The translations under genes were made by a program, and so were the position numbers. Shown in pieces: positions 51,406 through 62,410 of a stretch of 64,000 nucleotides of DNA (positions are counted from its first letter, which is position 1; each line of letters starts with the position of its first letter). The notes below the pieces were generated by a model. That model searched no databases. It saw nothing but the letters and a program-made list of their open reading frames with translations, and was not told the origin of the DNA. Source of the stretch: Nemertoderma westbladi (Eukaryota > Animalia > Xenacoelomorpha); the NCBI GenBank assembly GCA_032718475.1, contig JAUCBJ010006656.1, positions 2,667 to 66,666 on the forward strand, given 5' to 3'.

Positions 51406-53201
51406 AGCAGAAAGAATAACTTGAATATAACTGACACTGACAATCAATCAATCAATCAATCAATGGAGCTCAACCGGGAAATGAAGTAGTTTTTCGTGGT
51501 AACAGATCTAGTTTTGTATGTGTGAACCGTAGATGTCTGTCTGAAAAGAGACGTAATGAATAGTTGTTTTTTATTATTATTAATGTGTATAATAAAATAA
51601 TTCTGTATAATTGCCGTGGCCGCAGCCAGAGGTAAATATTTTATCTTAAATTTCTAAATGATACGGTAGAAATGATTATTGATAAAAATTATTAGTACAT
51701 AAACTCTATTACACCATTGAAATATTATGTTTATTATTAATTAGAACTTATTGAAATACTTATTAACAGCATTTGAATTCACTGGTTTAATATTCGTGTT
51801 CTAATACTACAGTGAGATTTCATTTTTATTTCAACCTTTTTAGTATTTTAAGCATATTAGTTGATCATTTTGTAGTTTTTGTGTTTAAGAAATAATGCAG
51901 AATTATAATAATATGTAATTTATGTTAATGTTTCGGCTTTTGAGTTATTGATAATAGGCGACTGGAATCCACCAACGCATTGTACACTGAGCTTCCAACT
52001 GGATCTAAGGGAAATTCCAACCAGGGAATGTCCAATTTCTACTTTTTTCAATTTTCTTGTCCTTGTTGAACAGCCGCCAATCAAAACGAATTTTTCACTG
52101 TTGATTCTTGCCTTTCGATCAAACAAAGGTAAATGTTTAAAAGGCTGATGATTTCTGAACTGAAAGGACTAATGCGGTTAAAGGACTACCGGCACCCCCT
52201 ACGGGCGTAATTGTCAGTGCTAAAGTAAAGAAGTATAGTAAATCTTCCAACTACAATCTACTAAACTCTGCTAAACAAAACCCCGCGAACTAATAAATCT
52301 TCTTATTCCTACGGGTGAATGATTAATATTATATTTAAAGATACCCAGTGTGTGGTAGAATCTGAAACCACTCAGTTCAATAGAAACCAGGTTTATATCT
52401 ACAATTTGTCCAAAAGATACAAAATCTTACTTGAAGATTACTACACACTGTGAAAGAAATTGTAATTACGATTGACGAAATCAATAAATGCAATTAATTG
52501 CCGCCTATTATACCGTTGTTCCCATACAGTAGTCTATGATTCGTTGACAATATCTGGAGTTGGAGTCAAATAATTATTACTTTTTCGGCCGAATATAGCA
52601 CAAAATCGGGAACAAAGAGAGTACTTTTTATAATATATCCAATATTGGTTTATGTAGTTAAGCGGCTCTCGAATTACGTAACAAATATTCGAAATCATTA
52701 AATTACTTAACATTGAGTAAGTCTGTATCGAGAGTTGAAGAGTACACTAATTTGGATTGCTGTAACTATGGAAGCAATTTAGTAAAATACTGCTTACAAT
52801 TTATTTTAACACTTTTTCGTTTTATTTCGGTATTAATAAAAATTAATTTTAACCATAAAACTTACATATTAATAATTATAAATTCAAATATTTAATACAT
52901 GGCAGTACTAATAATTAACAATACATATAATAGAATATAAAACAAGAGACAAACTATAATAACAATAATAGTAAGTATTACACACTCCTAGCATACAAAC
53001 TAGTTTAATATGTATAATAAATGTTTAAATTTATTATAGAAAATACTAGTAAAGCTAGCAAGCATTATACTTAATACTTACATAATTAATGTAGGTACAA
53101 TAAAAATAAAATAAAAACAGTTGGTTTTTTATATTTTTAAGTCCAACACCTAAATGAACTTATCTTTATAAAGGCCTAATATATAAAAAGTATTAATTTT
53201 T

Positions 53202-53360
53202 TTAATTGTAATATTCTTCATCACAGCAGCCAATGGCGCATTCTATTGATTGTGTCGCATTCGGTGTCAGGTGGGTTGGCTGCTACGTATTCAGGTAGAC
53301 ACATCGGTATTAATGACGTTGGAAGTGTGAATACTGAGGCCAAGTCGTGGGTTTTTGGAA
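53202..53360 (-). pseudogene. Ly6/three-finger-like terminal exon remnant (paralogue of 57619-57820)
   Basis: PMCLPEYVAANPPDTECDTI / frameshift / ECAIGCCDEEYYN*; upstream TTCCAG acceptor. Confidence 0.45.
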
Positions 53361-53449
53361 CTGGAATATGACGCAGCGTCATCGTGTATTGTTACCAAGC
53401 TAGCAATTTGGCGAAAGTAATTCAGTTTTTGATTGGCTGGCTACAGCCG

Positions 53450-55930
53450 TGTCAGGGAGTCCGCCGCCGTAGTCTAAGGTCGAAGTGATAAATTGTTATA
53501 GATTATCAACATTCGAATACAATAAATTATAAATTAATGTGTAAATTTACACAGTGTCGTGCGGGCGCACAGTGATGAATTATTTCACTATAAGGTAGCA
53601 TTTGTAGTTTAACTTTAGCGTAAAAACTTTTGAAAATCCGACGTATTTTGATTAAATTACAGTAATGTAATATGCCGATTTATATTTGTACACATAAAAC
53701 CCTTAGGTACTCTCGTGGCGTAGTGGTCAGATGGTTAAGGCGTTGGTTACATTACGTAGGTTACGAGTTCGAATCCCAGTCGGGAAATTTGTATTTTGGG
53801 GCCATTTATTTTCGTTTAGGTGCTAATTGGTAGGCCAATGAGAAGCGTACAACGTAGCGGATAATGAGCCAGGCCAATCATAGGGCATAAATTACCTTAT
53901 TGCTCAAATGTGAGGCAGTGGAAAATTCTGTTAGGATTCCATGTCCCTGATTAGTGTAAGGGCCGGACTGCGTTGAACGATGAGCTGGGCCAATCATAGG
54001 GCACGACGTACTTCATTGCTCAATTGTAAAGCTGTGGAAAATTTTGTTTAGTTTCCATGTGCAATTTCTAGTATAAAAGGCCGGTTTGCCTTCGGTTATC
54101 ACCTCTTACTGTCGTTATACACTTCTACCCCTTCGTTACTCTCACTATTAGTTAAATTGTTATTTAGTTTATTCGGTTTCTTGTTGAAACTTACTTTGAT
54201 AAATCCTTTGTTAAAACTGTAAATATACTGCAATTTCCTGACATGTTTTCTTTTGGTCCGACTTCGGGACAGCCGAACACCAGGGAGATGGCAGCCTAGA
54301 CCGTTAGGCCGTAAGCAACGCAGGGAAGGGATGTCCACAACACGCTAGCGCCCACATTGGATTGACCGCGCACCCCCTTTGCCCCTTCGAAATGCTCAAT
54401 TTGCCATGCAGCGCCCGCTTTGTGAGAAAGGTAAGACTTTGTTCGACGCCCTTGCCCGCCGTAAGACCTATAGATCAGGGTAAGCGTGACACCGCACTGG
54501 ACGCCGCAAATTTAGGATCAAATAATTATATCCAGACAACCCCACCCCTCTTGTCAGTCCTACGAATCCCTGGGTTAACCTGTACTTCCTACAGGTGCGA
54601 ACTATTGCCATTCGTCAGTACGCGAGTACACATTAGGCACGGACAGCATACGTTCCATAATTTAGTGATTCATAGCACTGACTGTTTGGTACCGGTTCGC
54701 TTTGTAGAACGTACATTAGTACCCCCCCCCCCCTTTGTCTGGAGTTAGCTATTTGATCAGGCAAGGAGCATTTCTGCTACCGGCACACTGCTTGGCCTAG
54801 GGAGGTTTATTAATATCCTACCGCGCCTTGCCACGTACTGATAGGTATTGCTGCTAACTACCGCAGCAACAAAATTCTAGAATTAAATTAGTATACCAGA
54901 TCAGCTAACGTACGGTAGCGATTAACCCCTATTCTTATCTTACAACCAGAATCTGGTATTAGTGCCGATCACGGGTGTAGTTACTAACACTGTGGTTGCC
55001 CATTGGGTTGTGGATAGGAAGGAGAGAGCTTTGACGTCATTCGTGAGTATAAAGTTCTACAAACGCGACTAGTTTATTTTAGTAGCTAGCGCACGGTATC
55101 ATTTAGTCAGAAAATCACTAAAACCTAGTAAAAGGAATTACTCGAAATTGTTTTATTTGTAACACACCCACACACACACGCCCTAAAACATATTGCCCTT
55201 AAAGTTCTACTAGCTATAGCGTACTATACATTACGTTAGGAGGAAATTATTTGTATTCGTACAATTAGGATCTGATTTGATTGCGGCAAGATAAGGAGTA
55301 TTTCACTTTCGTTATTAAACTGTTGTTTGTCTGGACAACGGTATTGTTACATTTAGGCCTGACCCTTTAGACTGATTTCGTACAGGGGTATCAGTTATTG
55401 TTACATTTAGGCACGACCGTTAGGCTGATTTCGACAGGGATGATCAGCATTGTTACACTAGGTCTGTTAACCACCTAGTTCGTATATAAACCATATAAAT
55501 CACACCGCGGCAAGTTACTGTATTTAGGACTGTCAGTGATAGTTAGGATTCGCTGCGCGGGGATTGTTTTCCCGTGAGTTTGGTCTGTTACGGTAACTGT
55601 ACATCTGCCTCACCGGTTAGAGGACAGGTATCCTTCTGTCTAGTACGTAGGCATTCGACCCGCTCACGTACATAGAATAGATACAAGGCTCTGTTCCTCG
55701 CCAGTAGTCGTTTGTGTACTATATCTGTTTGTTTAGATATCCTGGACTGGGATTTGTTGTCAGATACTGTACAAGCCCGTATACATTACTAGAGTCTCAT
55801 AGTAAGATACATCTGCTGACGCGAGGGCGAGTCGCCAACCGCCCCCCATGTCCTTAATCAGAACCTCATCAGTCTGTCCAGTCTGCATTCGGTGCTCTTG
55901 AACACCCACTGCGCATAAACTGTTCAGTAG
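53450..55930 (+). mobile_element. Probable 5' LTR (53450-54243), PBS and non-coding leader of a further LTR element, truncated
   Basis: TGTCAGG...CCTGACA termini, duplicated CCAAT blocks, TATAAAA at ~54073, TGGTCCGAC at 54254; no 3' LTR in the window; right boundary is approximate. Confidence 0.45.
53710..53787 (+). ncRNA. tRNA-like (Pol III A/B box) sequence, not a functional tRNA
   Basis: TGGCGTAGTGG A box, GAGTTCGAATCC B box, partial acceptor stem TCTCG/CGGGA, downstream TTTT. Confidence 0.55.
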
Positions 55931-56369
55931 GTCCAATAATCATAAAAAAATACCTTCTGAATTAAAATTTTGTGCTTTTTCTCGTGGAGACATCCAATTA
56001 GCACCACTGAGCACAGAAATTTGCAGAAATTGAATGCAAACCCCAAACTTCATCTCCTTTACCGATATCGCGATATATCGGAGCCAGTATCTTCTATCCC
56101 AAATATCTCGAAAACTAAGCAAGATATGGGAAAACGGTTTCCACATTTGGATTCAGCAGGAAATTCTGCATCAGATAGGATATGTTTCAAAAATTCAACT
56201 TTTTTGTCAGAAAATGCGCTACCCCCCCCCCCCCCCCCTTAAAACAAAGGTTTTGGAAAATCGTAATAAACGATGCAGCTTCACGGTATTGTATAAAGGT
56301 GCAGCTTCACGCTATTGGAACTTGGCGATAGTGCAGAACAACAGGTTATTGGTTACATTATATTCGCCG

Positions 56370-57170
56370 TGAGGACCTGAGCCAGTGCATAATCTGTTAC
56401 TTTGGCAGCCTCATGGAGTGAATAAGCATGGTCGACAGCCCATGACTTTCTTGAGACGCATCTTAAAGGACACTGGCCTTTAACATGGGGAATATCTAGC
56501 AAATGTCATGGGTGATAGGGAGTTGTGGAGGCGCAATTTTGTTGACAAGCCGGCAAAGCATTCTTAAAAATGCAGCTGCAATGCAGCATTGTATAACATT
56601 GGACGATTCAATGGCAAATGCCAATGAATATTTAATGCCGATTTTTAAATTTTAATGGCAAAATTGAGCAACACAAACATTGAATATAAACACTTGCTTT
56701 GATATGTTGTGGCACATAGACGCAGTGTTCAATCACTAACCTTGTAGTAAAGGACATATCTTCCATGCTGCAATCCCGCTTTGTTGCATATATTGACCCA
56801 CCGAAACTTCCAAGAAAAACAAAGGATCCCCACCAAAAATTAGGAAAATGAAATATGGAATGAGAAACGCGCCTGAAAATATAAACTATTAACATTGGAG
56901 GTGTCTCATTGGTTCTCCCGAACTATTAACATTGGAGGTGTCTCATTGGTTCTCCCGAGCTATTAACATTGGAGGTGTCTCATTGGTTCTCCCGAGCTAT
57001 TAACATTGGAGGGTCTCATTGGTTCTCCCGAGCTATTAACATTGGAGGTGTCTCATTGGTTCTTTCAAGCTTGACACTTGAGCAAAGCCGCCTCCGCTTT
57101 GCAGGATATCACGTTCTCCATGAGGACAAACCTAAGCACAATCTTGTGATTTGGCTACCCCATGGGGAAG
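56370..57170 (+). mobile_element. RTE family B fragments, including a 37-bp tandem array (56887-57065) derived from LINE coding sequence
   Basis: 56370-56589 matches the family B 3' end; unit TATTAACATTGGAGGTGTCTCATTGGTTCTCCCGAGC x5 continues into SLTLEQSRLRFAG. Confidence 0.8.
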
Positions 57171-57618
57171 TAAACCACCTATTCTAAAATATTTGTAATG
57201 ACATAACAATGATAAACACATTACTTCGAATTATTATTTCGGTTATAATAACACTTCAATTTAACAAATAAATTACTTAATTAATGTACAATAAATATAT
57301 TAATTTATTGTCCTTCCCATCTCTAGATATAGTTTATCGACGTCACAGGTAGCATTCACCCGTTAAATAAGTGATTTTGGAACGAGCGATAGATACCTGT
57401 AAGGCATACTTTATTAATTGCCAAATAAAATAATATATTTAAGAGAAAATATATTTGAATTATTGTTTTTTTACGAAGATATATATAATTTAGTTGTATA
57501 TACTTTACACAGGCAAATAGTTAGTTGTTTTTTAGAGACCTTTTTATTATTTTTAAATTCCATCACCTCACATTCAAAAAGAAAGTAGATAGTTCTAGTC
57601 TATTTGAAGTATTAATTT

Positions 57619-57820
57619 TTAGTTGTAAAGGTCTTCATCACAGCAAGTTGCGCTACAAGAAGTGTCTTGGGGTACATTAAAGGCGCTTATTGCTGCAGCA
57701 CAAATGTAGGTCTCTATTGTGTCGCATTCAGTGTCAGATAGGTGATCTTCTGAGTCTTTAGGTAAACACATCGGCATTGTGGTTGGAATTGATTCCGCCA
57801 TGGTGGTCTATGGTCATAGT
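57619..57820 (-). pseudogene. Ly6/three-finger-like terminal exon
   Basis: TTTCAG acceptor; MPMCLPKDSEDHLSDTECDTIETYIC..CSATCCDEDLYN*, resembling the CCxxDLCN terminus; apparent frameshift near the exon start. Confidence 0.5.
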
Positions 57821-58225
57821 CTGAAATAATAACATTGTCGGGAAATAAACCAACAGAGCAATACATTTCAAACACAAGAAATAAAATAAAAATAAACTAG
57901 AAAGCCATCAAGATGGCTTTAAAAGAAACTGCCTTTTGGGACTCAGAATAAGCGCTAACTTTCCCGAGTGCCAAACTCTTATAATAATAGATACGCATCC
58001 ACTCGATCCGTGCATTCGAGGGAGCATGTTTATCTTTAAGTGAAACCAATTTTTGTGACAATTCTGGTGATAATTAATTGTCATTTATAATGGTTGCGAG
58101 ATAAAAACATTCTAACAAGAACTAAAATATTAAAACGTTGTTCCTTTTTGTTGTTTCAGTTGGTTTTTATCGGAAGTGTATTGATTATAAAACAATAATA
58201 TTAATTAATCTATATCTTTCATATT

Positions 58226-58556
58226 TACTACTACTACTACTACTACTACTACTAGGATCGGCATGCTGCATTGCAACTGCATTTTTAAGAATGCTGTGCC
58301 TGCTTGTCGACAAAATTGCGCCGCCACAACTCCCTAATCACCCATGACATTTGATCGATCATCCGCATCTTTAAGGCCAGTGTCCTTTAAGATGCGTCTC
58401 AAGAAAGTCATGGGCTGTCAACCATGCTTATTCACTCCATGAGGCTGCCAAAGTACAAGATTATGCACTGGCTGGTCCTCACGGCGAAAGCAATGTCCTG
58501 CAAAGCGGAGGCGATTTTGTTCTAGTGTCAAGCTTGGGGGAACCAATGAGACACCT
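58226..58556 (-). mobile_element. RTE family B 3' fragment with (TAG)n tail
   Basis: Near-identical to 47935-48253. Confidence 0.9.
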
Positions 58557-60252
58557 ATGTTATTGGATAAATAATGTCATATTTATTAAGACAACAACAA
58601 ACACAGATACAGAACACAGACAGACAGACACAGAACACAGACAGGCTATAGAAAAAATTTATTATGATCTTTTCTTTGGATCTGATTGGATACTGATTAT
58701 TAAATCTTGCAACGTAACAGTAACGAGAAACAATTCAAATAAATATAAATACTGCTGTATGTATAGAATACCAAGTTATTGATACACATTAATAATTACA
58801 TTAATAATAATTACTGCCGCCAACTACCAAATTAATTAAAACTGAAATTAAAACATTACAGAGAAGGATTAAATCAACAAATCACATTAATTTATCTTTA
58901 ATTTATCTTTATCACAATTTTTGTACATTATTTATAATCAGTTGAGATACACGTTCGTGGGGCCTTCGCGCAGCATGAGAGCTTATATTAGAAAGTACAT
59001 TATACTAATCTCTATCATATATACGAAAAAAATATGAGCAAAGGCGAAGCCTCTGTAAAAGCTTTTGTGGGATAACTGATACGTTTGCCTTTGCTGGCCA
59101 GTTCCCCCCCAGTCGCTAGAATACTCTCAAAGGGATTTATAACTAAAATAGTGCAAGCTACCAGCTTATTGGCTGATGTGCTGTACGGAGATATCTGGGC
59201 TCAGTTTAATCGGCCAACTAGCTTAGAGAGGTTGCCTTAGCCTTGCTGTTCGTGTCGGCCAATAGAATTTGCGTAGGCGTTGATTTCGACCTATCCCAGC
59301 GCTACTGAACTGAATTTCCTATCTCACTGCTCATCCTCTGTGTTGGACGGGAGCTTCGGGGAATAAGAGTTTTTGGTATACTCGTATAGTGGTAGTAGTC
59401 ATATGATTTTATATGATTCTGTTGTTGTGTTCCCATTTTCGCCATAACATCGGCTTTTTGGGAAGAACTCTAGTAAAACTGCTTAAATTATCTTTAAGTA
59501 TAAACTGTTACCTAACCGAACTACCGATCAATCTAATCAATCAACCTACCTATTAATCATATTGTTTGTACTGTTATTTACTGTCAGTTATTAATTGTAC
59601 CTATTTGTTGATGGAAATATTGCTCTTTGGATAATACGGATAAATCACCCAAATTTCCCAATTTTCTTGATACACTACAGGTTAGAGAGACCGGCTATAC
59701 ATAACAATTGCGATTTATATCAATGTGGTGTGTATTGAATCTAATGTTATTTAGCAGACACTACATGAGTCAATTACTGCTCTCTTTATGTGTGATCAAA
59801 TATACTGACGGTCGGCAGAATAGTGTGTATGATTGTGATTGGTAACAAAGTATTTCCTAAAGAATACGCTTTATACTTTAATCATAAGCGGTATCGTTGC
59901 GTTTTAGTATAAGTCTTAGTTCTGTTTAAATAGATAAAGCGCCACGTCCTAAAGGAACTGTTAATATTTCCCGAAAGCCAATAATATCTGTCAGAGATTA
60001 ATTATTAACGATCTATCGAATAATACAGTAGGTATACACTGCAACCTTACACTGCAATAATACAATTTAAGCATCCGAATTCAGCCTCCCGGGTGTAGAT
60101 CCATCGGGTGAATGATCGCGCATGGGCTGCCTTCGGCTAATGTTTTGCGTATTAGCATAAAATATTGTCGTATGCTAAAGGTGTTTTAATTAACTAAAAG
60201 ACATATAAATTTTGGCAGGTTAAACTGCTAAAGGTCTTCAAAAGCGCGAACA

Positions 60253-60263
60253 GTAACAGTTTA
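60253..60263 (+). promoter_or_regulatory. Non-tRNA PBS of the sibling (GTAACAGTTTA), complementary to 59501-59511
   Basis: Exact reverse complement TAAACTGTTAC in the same LTR at the position homologous to 712-723. Confidence 0.7.
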
Positions 60264-62410
60264 GAATCTTATTGCAGTAGGCAATAAGGTTGAAAAAATA
60301 CCGTAGTGACTGGTAAAACTGAACCGGTGCTTCTGTAGGTCAGTAGGCCTAACTGTCATCACCGGTACCGGTACTGCTGTACAAGTACATTAGCATTATT
60401 CGATTTTGATTATTGTATACCGGTAGGTCTTGGTACTTAATCAGGGAACGGCCGCCCTGATTTTTATTTGAGATTCTACTTATTTCTGTCGGTTTTATTT
60501 ACTAGTAGGCTAATATTGAGCAGAAGGCGTGTAACCCTGCTCAGATTGTTCAGATAATTGTAGGCTGAGCTGCTGTCTGACTGTTGTTGAGTTTGGAGAG
60601 ATTACGGCGTGTGTAGAGTTTGTCTGATAAAGTGCCGTTAGTAAGTTGGGGCAGCCATATGCTGTAAGGTCAATCCCCTCTTAAAGAATAAGTCGTACTA
60701 CCGTGTTAGAACGCATACTAACTAACAGTTTCAGAGTCTGCATATACTGTAGTTTATTTAGGCTTGATCATAGTCTGCCAGTGTTTTAGCCTGTGTTTGT
60801 TTGTGTGGTCTGTTCAGGTACCGTAATAGTTATTACTCAGATATTTTGTAGGCTAGATTGTTGTCTAGCTATTCTTAGGCCTGAAGGGATTGCTGCGTGT
60901 GTAGAGTTGGTCTGATAAAGTGCCGTTAGTAAGTTGGGGCAGCCATATGCGGTAAGGTCAATCCCCTCTTAAAGAATAAGTCGTACTACCGTGCTAGAAC
61001 GCATACTAACTAACAGTTTCAGAATCTGCACATACTGTAGTTTGTTTAGGCTTGATAGTAGTCTGCCAGCGTTTGGTTTGTATTTTTGTTTGAGTATTCT
61101 GTACGGGTAGCGTAATATTTATTATTCAGAGTTTATGCGATTATTCGCAACATTCATGTCCCCAAGTTTATTCCTACAGTAATTGTGCTTGTTATACATA
61201 CCGTTATAGTTAAATTAACTCCGGTACTACACGGGCTGCTTGGCGTAGGACAAGACTGGTGACTTTGTGCTCTAGTCACTCCAGCAGATGCCGTGGTTCT
61301 TTTAACTGTTCAAGTATATTTAACTACTGATTATTTGTTATACCGGTACTTGTACCTAATTTAGGGTTTAGTGTACAGTGCTTTCCGAAGTAATTAGTGT
61401 AGGCAGTATATTTGTGTTGTAAAGTGGTTGATAGGCACATTCGTTAGCTCTATTAGCTTCTGGGTAGGAACAATCCGTGATACATAACGTAGTACCTATA
61501 GCGATACGGTTATAGGTCGTCAGGCGGTGGTATTTTCCTATCTGGACAGTACAATATATTTACTACTACTTATTATTTCAAATACCGTAGTACCCTGTCC
61601 GTTGTAATAACCAGAATTCTAACCCTTTGTTAGGCTGGTTTGTAGACTTCCTGTAAAATTACCCTAAAAATTTCGTACGTAATATTTTTGTTGTGTTTAA
61701 TTAGAGAATTAATCTCATCAGTATCGTAAGTAATTTGTAGTATTAAGTAACTTAGGTAAATTAGAATTATCCGTTTTAGTGTCTCAATAAGTAACACTTC
61801 ACTGAGAGCGCACAGCTTCTGTGTAGTGATTCCCTAGAAATAATAACATTTATTTCAAATATTGACAAAACCCATTTTAAACGGGTATATAAATATTATA
61901 AATCAAATCAAACGATTTATAAATAGTAGGCCTGCCATACAACAACTAGGTCTCACTATCAGTTGGACTACTGCTTAAATAACGGTAATAAAGTAAGTTA
62001 AAGTAACTAAGTAACCCTAAAATATTCAAGAATTCAATTATTCTAAAAATAATTGACCTACCGGTGCTTACCATAGGCTTATTATATTTATTTCTATAAA
62101 TTTGAGCTGAAATCATACCGGTACTCTGTAATTAATTCTAGTTCATAATTATACTTATATATACTATAAGTGTAAGCTGTATACCGGTATTCAAGATAGG
62201 CCTATTATATATTTATATATATCCGTGTTAAATTTATATACCGGTACTCTGTGACAAACCTAGTTTACAATACTTATATATATTATAAGTGCATACCGGT
62301 ATTCTAATATACTGCAATAAATTACCGGTACTAGGCCAGTGGTCATACTGAATTACTAGACTTGCTTTAACTGTAACTATAGCAGTAAGCCTTCAACTGT
62401 ATAGCTAAAC

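Noticed and set aside
52145-52175. CTGATGA motifs as hammerhead ribozymes (also ~45026, ~48718 and minus strand ~55860)
   Set aside because: No stem II followed by GAAA together with stems I and III could be assembled.
51920-52330. Short ORFs and a CGGGTGAATG motif shared with the BEL LTR
   Set aside because: The match is too short and has no further collinearity.
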